A stretch of 63,133 bases of DNA, filler included, from Octopus bimaculoides (GCF_001194135.2; 6 parts of 5 records of this genome joined end to end with filler, not necessarily neighbours in it); one strand, 5' to 3'. Shown: positions 37,653 through 50,290, numbered from the whole stretch's first letter. Numbers and translations are program-made. The notes: generated by a model from the letters alone, not told the origin.

Positions 37653-38439
37653 ATGAACATATATACATACATATATTTATATATAAAATCAAAATAAGAG
37701 ACACGCATTTTCAAGGTTATTGCAGTACGCATGTTTCATGCAACTCAATTTATTTAAGTAATGCGAGCATTACATTAAATGTAAAATGCAGAGCAATCTT
37801 CAGCTGCACAAGGACACAGAAAATTTACTGAAATTTCATTTCAGCAGAATGGACATATTACTGTTGTGACAACATTTAAACAATCTAAGTGGGAAAGAAG
37901 AAATCCAAAAAAACATTTTGACATAGCCAAAGCTAGCAGGCTAGTAATTAATTCTAGGCAGAATTTTAACTGTCCCTGATTATATTTGTTTTTTATCTAG
38001 TAATTTAAAGCTTAAGAGGGCAACCAGCCTTTCTCTTATAAGAAAAGGGAAGGGGTAAACATTATACATGTGTATGGTTATAAAGATTCCTCTGGTCATA
38101 GTGGCAACACAATTTTAGGTTGGGGATTTTTTACTACTATCAGACCAATTCATAATGTAGTAGAGGAAATTTAACATTAAGCATCTAGGTCAACAGGACT
38201 TTTTCTTTAAACAGAATAATGTATCAGTATTGTTTTACATATACTAAGTATGGAGACTTATAGATATCATTATTAGCTTAATTATTATGTTAATAATAGA
38301 GATGTAATTAGTTCATACAAAAACCCTGAAGTAGTGTCAACTTGGAATTTATAAAGCTATAGATGAGGTGTGAAATTTAAAAATTTTATATATATTGGAC
38401 TTAAAAACTATTTTGAATTATTTTAAAATTTTAATTTAA

Positions 38440-38910
38440 GCTAATATATCTAATATTATTTGAAAGACATAAGAGATAAAACCTATTTTATAACTTCTAT
38501 AAAAGAATTGATACATAGGATATACATGGTTTATAATGGTTTATAAATGGTTTATAATTTTGGACTCATTAATGTTAAAGAAACTGATAAAATGAATGGT
38601 TAAAATTAATGGTGGAAATTATATATCTAATATTATATTTAATGGACACATAAGATATAAATTTATTTTATAACTGATGTAAAGAATTGATACAAGGATT
38701 TACATAGTTTATAAAGCTTTTTACAATGATGGACTCATCAAGGTTATAGAAACTAGTAAAGTGAATGATTGGAATTAACATAGAATAATAATGGTGAAAA
38801 TTAAAAACTTATATATCTAATATCATTTAAAGATCACATAAGGGATAGAATTTATTTTATAATGTAAAGAATTAATATAGGATTTACAAAGTTTGGTAGG
38901 AATTAACAAA
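38440..38910. repeat. Diverged ~180-190-bp tandem repeat, ~2.5 units
   Basis: atatatctaat...cataag.gata.aa..tattttt...aaagaatt.ata.aggat.taca recurs at ~38442, ~38619 and ~38809. Confidence 0.75.
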
Positions 38911-39429
38911 GAATTCAATAATAGTCCATGACAATTAATAGAGAACATGATAATTATGTACTAGTTTAATTATATTATCTTACATAGTCAAGAACTTGTT
39001 TTAAAACTAACATGGGCTAAGTGCAGAATATTAATGGAACAAGGATTAGATTTATTTAAGTCAAACTATAGAATAACTATAATACTACCAATACAGGCCC
39101 TGAAATAATGGAAAAATAAGGATCCTTTTAGAGTCAGGCATTAAATAAATAAAATATAAATTTTCTAGGTTTGAAAACTAATTAAAAAAAGCATTAAGAA
39201 CTTACAAAACATCCTATTCTTATAAGCTACATAGAGTAAAAATAAGTAAGATACATACTAAAAACTAACAGCAAAAGCAGAAGTGGTGTGAAAAAATATA
39301 CTATCCATGGATAAAGTTGAAATCTTAGTTATCACAAGAAGATTGTATGTTAAGGTGAAAGATCAAAAATATATGCTATAAAGGTTCATGTTCATCTTGG
39401 GCTATTAAGCAGCACATATTTAAAGTTGA

Positions 39430-39640
39430 AATTGAACCTTTGACAGAACGGGTTAACACTCCCAGCAATGTCATCAAGCTTCAGGAAGAGTTACTGCAAC
39501 AGCCTGAGTTTCAAGGGCCCACAGCTTTTTAATATTCACCTAAAGAGTCTGAGGAACCTACCTCACAGCAAGTGGTGCAAATGAGGGTAGCAAGATCCAT
39601 CACAATTCTGCACAAATGCCACATATTAGAGGAGGCTCAC
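39430..39640 (+). mobile_element. Older, decayed copy of the CR1-like LINE 3' end
   Basis: tactgcaacagcctgagtttcaagggcccacagctttttaat = YCNSLSFKGPQLFN, homologous to [14 protein letters not shown] of the minus-strand copy. Confidence 0.6.
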
Positions 39641-39747
39641 AGTAGTGACAGTGCAGCAAACCAACGGTGCTCCAGCATGGCCATAGCTATTCACTAAAAC
39701 TAAGAAAAAAATATATACATATGCATATATGCACATGTATATATACG

Positions 39748-39781
<34 letters not shown>

Positions 39782-39951
39782 TATATNNNNNNNNNNNNNN
39801 NNNNNNNNNNNNNNNNNNNNNNNNNNNNNNNNNNNNNNNNNNNNNNNNNNNNNNNNNNNNNNNNNNNNNNNNNNNNNNNNNNNNNNNNNNNNNNNNNNNN
39901 NNNNNNNNNNNNNNNNNNNNNNNNNNNNNNNNNNNNNNNNNNNNNNNNNNN

Positions 39952-40307
39952 GTCCAATCAAGAGTTTTGAGGGCACATCTGGTGTATAAGAGAATTTGAC
40001 ATACCTGCCCTAAACTGCGTCTCATTACGAGCCATTGGTTCGTCTGGTATCGTGGAGAGGAAAGCGTCAAGTTTTGTCTTGAAGACCTCCGCATCCATGT
40101 CTTGCATGTCTCTCAAATGTTTTGGCAGGGCATTGAAGAGCTGAGGTCCTCTGAAACCGAGGCTGCTGCAGTATCTCGTTCTTATGTGAGATGCAGTGGA
40201 CGGTACCTTTGGCACCATGCAGTGGCGACCCGTGCGGGCATTCCTGTAGTACTTGATACCAAAGTTTGGCACCAGTCCTTCCAGTATTTTCCATATGTAT
40301 ATTATTA
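39952..40307 (-). mobile_element. CR1/L2-like LINE ORF2 C-terminal fragment
   Basis: [16 protein letters not shown]...GRHCMVP...[19 protein letters not shown]...[16 protein letters not shown]...SNSLIHQ is a typical post-RT tail of CR1-group LINEs. Confidence 0.8.
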
Positions 40308-40417
40308 CATACACATACATACGTATATATATATACATACATATATACATATATATATATTCATGTACATATATATACATGCATGTATACACATATATAT
40401 ATACATATATGTGTACA

Positions 40418-40468
<51 letters not shown>

Positions 40469-40479
40469 ATACATGTATG

Positions 40480-40870
40480 TAGGAGTGGTTGTGTGGTAAG
40501 TAGCTTGCTTATGAACCACATGGTTCCGGGTTCAGTCCCACTGCATGGCACCTTGGGCAAGTGTCTTCTACAATAGACTTGTGCCGTCCAAAGCCTGAAT
40601 TAGTGGATTTGGTAGATGGAAACTGAAAGAAGCCCGTCGTATATATATGTATGTGTGTGTATATGTTTGTGTGTCTGTGTTTGTCCCCGCCCAACATCGC
40701 TTGACAACCGATGCTGGTGTGTTTACATCCCCGTAACATAGCAGTTCGGCAAAAGAGACTGAGAGAATTAAGTACTAGGCTTACAAAGAAAGGGGTCGAT
40801 TTGCTTGACTAAAGTTGGTGCTCCAGCATGGCCTAGTTAAATGATTGAAACAAGTAACAGATTAAAAGAG
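40480..40870 (+). mobile_element. SINE family B (full length)
   Basis: ggagtggttgtgtggtaagtagc...ccgggttcagtcccactgcatggcaccttgggcaagtgtc...gctccagcatggcc. Confidence 0.85.
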
Positions 40871-40879
40871 TAATACATA

Positions 40880-41218
40880 CATCATCATCATCATCGTTTA
40901 ACGTCCGCTTTCCATGCTAGCATGGGTTGGAAGATTTGACTGAGGACTGGTGAAACCAGATGGCTACACCAGGCTCCAATCTGATTTGGCAGAGTTTCTA
41001 CAGCTGGATGCCCTTCCTAACGCCAACCACTCAGAGAGTGTAGTGGGTGCTTTTACGTGTCACCCGCACGAAGGCCAGTCAGGCGGTACTAGCAACGGCC
41101 ATGCTCAAAATGGTGCAATTTATGTGCCACCCGCACAAGAGCCAGTCCAGGGGCACTGGCAACGATCTCGCTCGAAAATCCCACAAAGGCCAGCCAGGCG
41201 GCACTTGCAATGGTCATG
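40880..41218 (-). mobile_element. (GAT)n-tailed retroposon family D
   Basis: (cat)n cgtttaacgtccg...ctacagctggatgcccttcctaacgccaacc. An opposite-orientation copy lies at 58975-59110 and a fragment at ~62405-62445. Confidence 0.7.
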
Positions 41219-41318
41219 NNNNNNNNNNNNNNNNNNNNNNNNNNNNNNNNNNNNNNNNNNNNTTAATTAATTAANNNNNNNNNNNNNNNNNNNNNNNNNN
41301 NNNNNNNNNNNNNNNNNN
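41219..41318. other. Artificial scaffold-join linker 4
   Basis: Same 100-bp structure. Confidence 0.92.
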
Positions 41319-41591
41319 GGAAACCCCAAAATGGCTGAAGTTCAAAAGATAGTGCTCATGGGAACTGCCCATATCCTACGTAAAATACTGTCTATGTGAT
41401 CTCAAATTTTAAAGCAAACACATAATTTTCTTATGGTTTCTTAAACATTCACTTGAACAAAACTGTACAAATCCAAATATATGGTACCCTAGGCATAACA
41501 CCTACATGAACTTCTAACTTGTTGTCTCTTGAGGTCTCTGGGTGAGACTTGGATCCAACTTGTACAAATGCAAAACAAAAGTCAAACATAA

Positions 41592-41632
<41 letters not shown>

Positions 41633-42061
41633 TGATGATGATGATGATGATAGGAATTATCTAACAAAGTAAGTGGTGGTGTATAATGAGGATAATGTCG
41701 GTGGTGTTTATGATAACGATGATGACGGTTGAAGAGAGAAGAGGGGAGGGGATGAGAATTTTGAAACAAAACCAAGTCCTGGGAATTCTCAATGAAAGGT
41801 CAATGCATTGACGAAATGAAACAAACCTTCTTCATGTTGTTGCTGTTGTTGTTGCTGTTGTTGTTGCTGTTGTTGTTGCTGTTGTTGTTGCTGTTGTTGT
41901 GGCTGTTGTTGTGGTTGTTGTTGCTCTTTTAAATGTTACTCCATTGAAAGTCTCGGAGCTGCAACGAAATTAGCATCGATTAGTTATGTCAGAAGAGACA
42001 TTTATGAAGTTGCTTCTGGATTTCATTGAGGAGACAAAAAAATAAGATACAAACACATTAG

Positions 42062-42103
<42 letters not shown>

Positions 42104-42317
42104 TTACACACATATGCACATATACATATATATACGCATACGCATACACGTGCGTGCACATTAACACAGATAGAGAACAATCAAAGACTGTCAAAAAAAA
42201 AAACATAAAAAACAACCAATGAATTATGGGGTCGCTTAAGACAAAGTGCTATTGAAATACTGAGGTCAATTAAATCGACTAATTGCCCACACCTCCCAAA
42301 TTTCTGGAAGTCAATCC

Positions 42318-42363
<46 letters not shown>

Positions 42364-42366
42364 CGT

Positions 42367-42413
<47 letters not shown>

Positions 42414-42744
42414 TATATGCATAGACACACAGACACACACACATATACGCATGTCATTATTTAGTTTTGTTTCAAGATTTCTTGCCAATAGCGAAAGAGT
42501 AAATAAAAAAAAATAAATGAATAAGAATAAACGAGTATAGTATGATTCACTCATTTCTTTATTTTTTTATTTATTTTTTATTTACTTGTTTATTTACTTA
42601 TGTATATGATTGTAATTAATTAATAAATAGATCCAAATGAATGTTTGCACGTTGATGTTTGTTGATTGACTTATCTTCTCCATTTTCTTCTTCGCCTTAT
42701 AAATTCTGGGTAAATTTCTGCTTTACTCCCACCCATACCTATTA

Positions 42745-42848
42745 TACTAGGCTTACAAAGAATAAGTCCTGGGGTCGATTTGCTGGACTGAAGGCGGTGC
42801 TCCAGCATGGCTGCAGTCAAATGACTGAAACAAGTAAAAGAGAGTATA
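42745..42848 (+). mobile_element. SINE family B, 3' fragment
   Basis: tactaggcttacaaagaataagtcctggggtcgatttg. Confidence 0.75.
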
Positions 42849-44562
42849 NNNNNNNNNNNNNNNNNNNNNNNNNNNNNNNNNNNNNNNNNNNNNNNNNNNN
42901 NNNNNNNNNNNNNNNNNNNNNNNNNNNNNNNNNNNNNNNNNNNNNNNNNNNNNNNNNNNNNNNNNNNNNNNNNNNNNNNNNNNNNNNNNNNNNNNNNNNN
43001 NNNNNNNNNNNNNNNNNNNNNNNNNNNNNNNNNNNNNNNNNNNNNNNNNNNNNNNNNNNNNNNNNNNNNNNNNNNNNNNNNNNNNNNNNNNNNNNNNNNN
43101 NNNNNNNNNNNNNNNNNNNNNNNNNNNNNNNNNNNNNNNNNNNNNNNNNNNNNNNNTATACACACATGACGGGCTTACTACACAGCCACGCCAAACTGCG
43201 CCTATAGAAGAAAAATATTATTAAGTACACAGACATGTTCCAACACGCTGCAAAATTGCTGGGATATTCTTATCAAAACTTTTGCCAACTGCAGACATAA
43301 CATATCGATGTTTGGGACAGAAGAATATTACATTCAGTTATAGAACTGAACTGCAGCTCAGATGATATTACTTTCAAAATCGGCGAGAAAGATGATATTT
43401 ACGGATAACTGCTTGGAAATTTGGGAAACCCACAGCTTCCGTATTCAGACTATAGATTCGCATTTATACCCGTAATCATTGGTACATTTGGTAAATTTAG
43501 TCAAATTCAATGTGGTACTCATGAAAAGCAGGGAGTTTTAGTACTAATGTGACTATCTGAGTCTCATTTTGCAAATACATTATGAACGGTAAATAACATG
43601 TAAGGTTTTTTATGAAATTCAGCTTGTAAATCTTCGTCGTTTTTGTCAAATAAATCATCTAAATTTCATTGCTGGGACTTTCTGTCTTTGTCAGAAAAGC
43701 AGTCCCTTACTCATATAAAGGATACAAATGCTGAAAAATGGAATAAAATAAAATGAAAATAATATGAGAAAGAAATATAACATTACATGTCTAAATAGTT
43801 AATATGGTTTAAATTCCACTAAAAAAGAGCTTCTTTCTGGGTTGATAAGCTGCTCTTACATAAATTCATTTATATGTATATGTAAATATNNNNNNNNNNN
43901 NNNNNNNNNNNNNNNNNNNNNNNNNNNNNNNNNNNNNNNNNNNNNNNNNNNNNNNNNNNNNNNNNNNNNNNNNNNNNNNNNNNNNNNNNNNNNNNNNNNN
44001 NNNNNNNNNNNNNNNNNNNNNNNNNNNNNNNNNNNNNNNNNNNNNNNNNNNNNNNNNNNNNNNNNNNNNNNNNNNNNNNNNNNNNNNNNNNNNNNNNNNN
44101 NNNNNNNNNNNNNNNNNNNNNNNNNNNNNNNNNNNNNNNNNNNNNNNNNNNNNNNNNNNNNNNNNNNNNNNNNNNNNNNNNNNNNNNNNNNNNNNNNNNN
44201 NNNNNNNNNNNNNNNNNNNNNNNNNNNNNNNNNNNNNNNNNNNNNNNNNNNNNNNNNNNNNNNNNNNNNNNNNNNNNNNNNNNNNNNNNNNNNNNNNNNN
44301 NNNNNNNNNNNNNNNNNNNNNNNNNNNNNNNNNNNNNNNNNNNNNNNNNNNNNNNNNNNNNNNNNNNNNNNNNNNNNNNNNNNNNNNNNNNNNNNATATA
44401 GGAACGTATGCATGTAAGTATATGTATGTACGTGTGCATATATATATGCACGTGCATACGTACATACATATACTTACATATATACGTTTCTGTATACGTA
44501 CAGACATGATCAGTTACTACGTACATATACACACTTAAATGCGAACTCGTAAATAAATTCAG

Positions 44563-44705
44563 AATATAAAATTTTAAACAAACAAACGCAAAAGCAAATG
44601 AATGTTTGTAATAAAATATTGTTGGTGACGTTTCGGAAGCTTTGAGGGTCTTGTTACATTTTATGACGCGTATATTACAGTAAACGGGTAGCAGCAACCA
44701 CCCAC
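44563..44705. repeat. Diverged duplicated non-coding element (copy 1)
   Basis: Shares tttgtaataaaatattgttggtga, tcttgttac, ttttatg(a/g)cg and gtaaacggg with 48068-48205. Confidence 0.8.
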
Positions 44706-45137
44706 GCTTTGTGTGTACACGTATGTGCACAGTGTATATTATGTGTATGTATGTATGTATCCATGCATGTGTGTGTCAGGAGGGTGGTGCTGCAAGGGTC
44801 GGTGTTGAGCTGTCATATAAATTCGTTCGTTTTTTTCTTTTTTGTTTTTTTTTTCTATTTCGCACTCCAAAGAGGTAAAAATTTATTCAAATTTCAAAAA
44901 CGATAAATAAAAGCTGTAGACGAAGAATAAAGTTACAAAAAAACCCCATAAAACATTACAATAAAAATATTTTTCGTATTAATTCAAATAATTTTAGAAA
45001 GAATCAGAATAAAAAAATAAACACAGAAAAAAAAAACGAACAAATTTAGCTGACAAACTAAGATATCTTTCATGTTTTACTTATTTCAATTATTACTCTG
45101 CAGCCATGCTGGGGCACCGCCTTGAAATAGTTTAGTC

Positions 45138-45530
45138 CAGGGGTTCTGGACTATATTTTTTTTATCTATGGACCCCTTTGAGTATTATTTCATTCTGGTG
45201 GACCCCTATAGCCATTCGATGTTTAAAAACTAGTTTTTACAGAAACGTTTTTCAAAATTCCTATTTTGTTTTTCACACATTAACTTGTGTAGGTTGAACT
45301 TATGTAAAATGTTAGAGAAAGAAACCCAACTGTTTCTTGCAATACATACATCTAAAGCAACATTTTTTCATGGGCCCTTAATAAATTACAGTGGGTCCTC
45401 AATTTACTATTTTGTTTCCGTCTTCCCCCAAAAATCTTATATGGACTCTCAGGGAACATGCCGACCCCGATTCATCAATATTTTAAAGAAATTTTATTAT
45501 TATTATTATTATTTTTATTATTATTATTAT

Positions 45531-45589
<59 letters not shown>

Positions 45590-45670
45590 AGGTGGCGAGC
45601 TTGCAGAATCATTATTTTAACGACAAACTCTTATATGGACCCACAAAGGGCCATATGGACCGCCAACTTT
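45138..45670 (+). mobile_element. hAT-like MITE, decayed, interrupted by (ATT)n/(AGT)n and a SINE head fragment
   Basis: caggggttctggac start and multiple tggacc(c)(c) motifs. Confidence 0.4.
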
Positions 45671-47003
45671 TAGTGTCACTAAACTGCATCAAGAGAAGAA
45701 TATAACATTCTAGGGGTCGGTAGTGAACGCCCCAAGAAATACTTTCTTCCCGTTTACATCCCAAGTAACCCCGAGTTACTAGGGCAGAGTATTTCAACAG
45801 AGACACCGAAGAGAAACATTCTTCTAGAAGAAAAAAAAAATGTTTGGATATGTTTCCCGTAAATTTGAGGATGATGCTTAAAACATTCACAGGAAGTGTA
45901 ACATCTCCTGGAGTCGTAATCGTTACATCACATCAGAGTCTTCTGTTCAACGTTTTGCTTCAACAATCCAAGCCCAGGATACAGCAACAAAATACCTAAG
46001 AAAACAAGGGAGACAGGAAAGCTCTTAAACCCCCAAAGATACGACCGAAAATGTCAGTTATGTCACATATCTGTGAAAGATATTACACATGTGATCAGCA
46101 GCTGCCTCAAAATGTTGTCAAGTTGCAACATTCCAAATGCGTTACGATGTTGTTGCTAAAACAATATACAATGTCATCCGTTGGAAAAATTGCCTTGGGA
46201 TAAATATACAAGACAAACAGAATACCCAGTGTTACCCAGACTAAAACATAATCATAAATTACCCAGAATTGTTCTGTGGCTGACCGGTGTCTAATGCGCT
46301 GTGCTATTGATAGGCGTTCCCTATCAATAGCATATTTCATGGTTTATACAGTAACTAACAAAGATCCGATTCAAACATATTAAATTCGAACACAGGATTA
46401 AATATAAGTGAAAATAATTATATTACATCTTTGCATTTGACTTACAAGATTCTTGATTTGAATCGTTAATTGAAGTATATTTTGAGGTATCTTGTGTAGG
46501 TGGGGAAACTGCGTCAATAATAAACCTATGCACTGTTTCTAAGTCATTGAGGAAGTAGTGAATGGTGACGAAAGGACTTTGACAAACCTAGCTGATTGAC
46601 GTATCGACCGAGCAATTAATCAAACGATCAATTGACTAATTGGTTAAATAGTTAATAAGTTGGTAAATAACAAATAAAGAAGTGAAATAGAACCCCTGCG
46701 TGTGTTTATTATTGGCATAATAACCCTCCCAAGCTACAACAAAAAGTTTTTATTTCATTTGAAACTATTCACACATTAAAAGCCTGGAAGAAATGTTTAC
46801 ATTTTTATTTGTCTCACAGTTAGGCTTTCTAACTTTCAATCTATTTCAATACTTCTTATTCACGCTGTTTTGTGCACGAAACATATTAAATGTATATCAT
46901 CTTATTTCCTAAAATTCTTAGATTTCTAAAATAATTTTAAAAATTAAGGGAAATAGGAGTCGAAGGGTAATTCATCATGGAAATAAAATTATTCTTTTAA
47001 ACT

Positions 47004-47200
47004 AGGTGGCGAGCTGGCAGAGACGTTAGCACGCCGGGCCACAATGCTTAACGGTATTGTGTCAGTCTTTACGTTCTGAGTTCAAATTTCGCTGAGTCAG
47101 TATTTCTTTTCGGGGTCGATAAATTGAGAACCAGTTGCGTACTGGGTTCGATCTAATCGACTGGTTCACTCCCCAGAAATTTTGGGCCTGGGGCAGAATA
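47004..47200 (+). mobile_element. SINE family A
   Basis: aggtggcgagctggcagagacgttagcacgccggg... Confidence 0.8.
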
Positions 47201-47222
47201 AAAAGTGAATTATTCTTATAAT

Positions 47223-47437
47223 CTTTTCTACTCAAGGAACAAGACCCAAAATTTTGGGGGAAGGGTCCAGTCTATTAGATCGACCCCAGTACGCAACTGG
47301 TACTTAATCTATCAACCCAGAAAGGATGAAAGGCCAAGTCGACCTCAGCGGAATTTGAACTCAAAACGAAAAGACAGACGAAATACCGCTAAGCATTTCG
47401 CCCGGCGCGCCAACGTTTCTACCAGCTCGCCGCCTTA
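47223..47437 (-). mobile_element. SINE family A with 15-bp target-site duplication
   Basis: Flanked by aattattcttataat at 47208-47222 and 47438-47452. Confidence 0.9.
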
Positions 47438-47744
47438 AATTATTCTTATAATGTATGCAAGCTGATGAGCTCAACATTTACCTGAGTGGAGTAAACTTGT
47501 TGATCATTTATAAGTGTGTAACAAATTCCTGGATGCTAAGGTATGTTCATGAATTGGAAAGACGAAAAACCACCAGAAATGCACATTGCTGTTGATTCAT
47601 AGTGTCTACCGGGCGTTGTTAGTGTTTAATAAGCGAAAACACCCAATGATCCACAAGGCTCCGGCAGGGGATGGTGGGGAACCCTGCTGTACTCTTTCAC
47701 TACAACTTTCTCTCACTCTTCCTTCCTGTTTCTGTTGTACCTGT

Positions 47745-47920
47745 ATTTCGAAGGACCAGCCTTGTCGCACTCTGTGTCACGCTGAATCTCCCCGAGGACT
47801 ACGTTAAGGGTACACGTGCCTGTGGAGTGCTCAGCCACTTGCACAATAATTTCATGAGCAGGCTGTTCCGTTAATCGGGTCAAATAGAACCCACGTCGTC
47901 GTAACTGACGGAGAGCCACG
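47745..47920 (+). mobile_element. SINE family C, 3' part
   Basis: ccagccttgtcgcactctgtgtcacgctgaatctcc...gtggagtgctcagccacttgcac. Confidence 0.75.
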
Positions 47921-48067
47921 ATTATTATTATTAGTAGTAGTCGTAGTTTGTGCAGGAAACCGGCGCTCTCTTTAAAGGAAGAACTTAAATAATCAAATGA
48001 AAGATAACATGCGTACATAATAGACACATACACAAAATACAAACACAAATAAATATAGAAAACCAGG

Positions 48068-48205
48068 ATATAAAATTTTAAAGACAAAACAACCTCTAAA
48101 AATGAGAGTTTGTAATAAAATATTGTTGGTGAAGTTTGCGAAGTTTTCAGGATCTTGTTACGTTTTATGGCGTGTATATTATTGTAAACGGGCAAAAACA
48201 CCCAC
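48068..48205. repeat. Diverged duplicated non-coding element (copy 2)
   Basis: See copy 1; motif spacing is identical. Confidence 0.8.
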
Positions 48206-48372
48206 TCATGTAATTTGTGTATATACGCGTATGTACATGGGCGCATGCACGTCTTGTGCAGATATGTGTGTGTGTGTGGGTGGGCGTATGTACGTGTGTG
48301 TGTGTGCACATATATATGTATATGTATGTATATATATGTATATATATAATGCATGCATGCATATATATATAA

Positions 48373-48440
<68 letters not shown>

Positions 48441-48504
48441 ATGCATATATATATGTATATGTTTATATTATATATATGTATGCATGTATGTATATATTTG
48501 TATA

Positions 48505-48551
<47 letters not shown>

Positions 48552-48810
48552 ATAACGTATAGACATACACATCATACATACACATACGTGTGTGTATGTG
48601 TGTATGTGTGTATGTTCGTATGTGTATTTATGCACATTTGTAAGTATGTATGTATGTATACTTCTGCATCAAGTATTTAATCCCATATTTAATAAAATAG
48701 AAATCAGATGGAACTCATTTTGTCGAATCTGTGGCTGCGAATGATAGATTCAATCATTATTATCGAAACACATTCTAAATCTAATGCATAATAACATGTA
48801 TATTTCTATT

Positions 48811-48875
<65 letters not shown>

Positions 48876-48972
48876 TTATCTAGCTAGCTAGCTAGCTATA
48901 TCAACTCAAATATCGATCCAGTAAAGCTGATTACGTTAGCCACTATTATGCTTCTGTTAAATACCTCTAGAT

Positions 48973-49220
48973 CAGGGGTTTTCAAACTTTTTGACTTGCG
49001 GACCCCTTTATATTTCAGGCTTTACTTTAGGGACCCCCTTATAAACGCTTATGAAATTTATACATAAATATTTGCTTAAAATAACATATATTTTTACATT
49101 TATTTACTTAACAGTATTTAACAAATAGGTTTATTGTCAATTAAAACATTTCGATTAAAAAACATATAAAATCAAATTGCCCATGAAAAGTATTTGCTGT
49201 CTACGGACCCCCTGTCTTGT
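48973..49220 (+). mobile_element. hAT-like MITE left part (runs into gap)
   Basis: Starts caggggttttcaaac with repeated gacccc subterminal motifs; similar starts at ~45138 and ~28303. Confidence 0.5.
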
Positions 49221-49537
49221 NNNNNNNNNNNNNNNNNNNNNNNNNNNNNNNNNNNNNNNNNNNNNNNNNNNNNNNNNNNNNNNNNNNNNNNNNNNNNNNN
49301 NNNNNNNNNNNNNNNNNNNNNNNNNNNNNNNNNNNNNNNNNNNNNNNNNNNNNNNNNNNNNNNNNNNNNNNNNNNNNNNNNNNNNNNNNNNNNNNNNNNN
49401 NNNNNNNNNNNNNNNNNNNNNNNNNNNNNNNNNNNNNNNNNNNNNNNNNNNNNNNNNNNNNNNNNNNNNNNNNNNNNNNNNNNNNNNNNNNNNNNNNNNN
49501 NNNNNNNNNNNNNNNNNNNNNNNNNNNNNNNNNNNNN

Positions 49538-50290
49538 ATGAAAAATTTCAAGAAAACTATTGAAAATCACCTGGCAAGACAAGATCCCAGACATAGAGGC
49601 TCTCTCTCGAGCTGATCTTCCAAGCATTCACTCACAGCTGAGGAGAGCGCGAGTCAGGCCACTTTGTTCGAATGTCTGGCACGTGACTCCTCAAGAGACT
49701 GTTTTTCAGCAAACTGACGGAAAGCAAGTGCACGCAAGTCAGACCGGAAAAGCGCTTCAAGGACACTTCCAAAACCTAACTGAAGATCTTTGAGATCTAG
49801 CTCACTTCCGCTGTTTACAGCAATGCTTGGAAGGAAGGTGTGTAGCGTGTGCTCGTCTCATTGATTATGAAAGAGAAAGATGAGCAGAGAATCTGCATCA
49901 AATTTTCCTAAAAGCTTGGCGATATCTGCTCAGAGGCCTACGCAATGTTTTCAAAAATCTTTCATCGTTCTCGATACAATCAAAGAGATCTTGTGCAACT
50001 GAAACTACGACACTTGGGAAGCGCAAGCACAAGATTGCCCTGCCTGGCGAAGCTGCACCAACAGACGTACCATTTCCTACGAACAGAACAAGGGTAGAAA
50101 GAAAATGCGAACTGTGCAAGTCCATAGTCAACTCCTTAGCTTTAGTCCCAGAAAATCACCAGTGCTCGCCTTGAAGCAGAGTCTTCTCAGCACGCATTGG
50201 ACTGATCGGTCTCAGTCAAGCACACTGTGCTCCGTCTTCTCCTTTGCGATGTGTTTGGTCATCGTCGACAACGACTGACGAACTAATGAT
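49538..50290 (+). mobile_element. RTE-clade (BovB-like) LINE 3' end, interrupted by the mariner fragment
   Basis: KITWQDKIPDIEALSRADLPSIHSQLRRAR ... KRFKDT ... [insertion] ... DTWEAQAQDCPAWRS ... RVFSARIGLI, then ggtcatcgtcgacaacgactgacgaac and a taa/tga tail. Matches my recollection of RTE C-termini. Confidence 0.75.
49796..50005. mobile_element. Internal fragment of the same mariner derivative family, lacking termini
   Basis: Collinear with the right arm and junction of the 61431-62315 element; peptide VSVAQDLFDCIENDERFLKTLRRPLSRYRQAFRKI versus VSVTHDLLDCVKKDENFLKTLHRPLSRYHQAFGKI. Confidence 0.8.

Noticed and set aside
46302-46332. 13-bp perfect hairpin (tgctattgatagg/cctatcaatagca) as a terminator or Helitron end
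   Set aside because: Intrinsic terminators do not apply here, there is no CTRR end nearby, and it is too short for a pre-miRNA.
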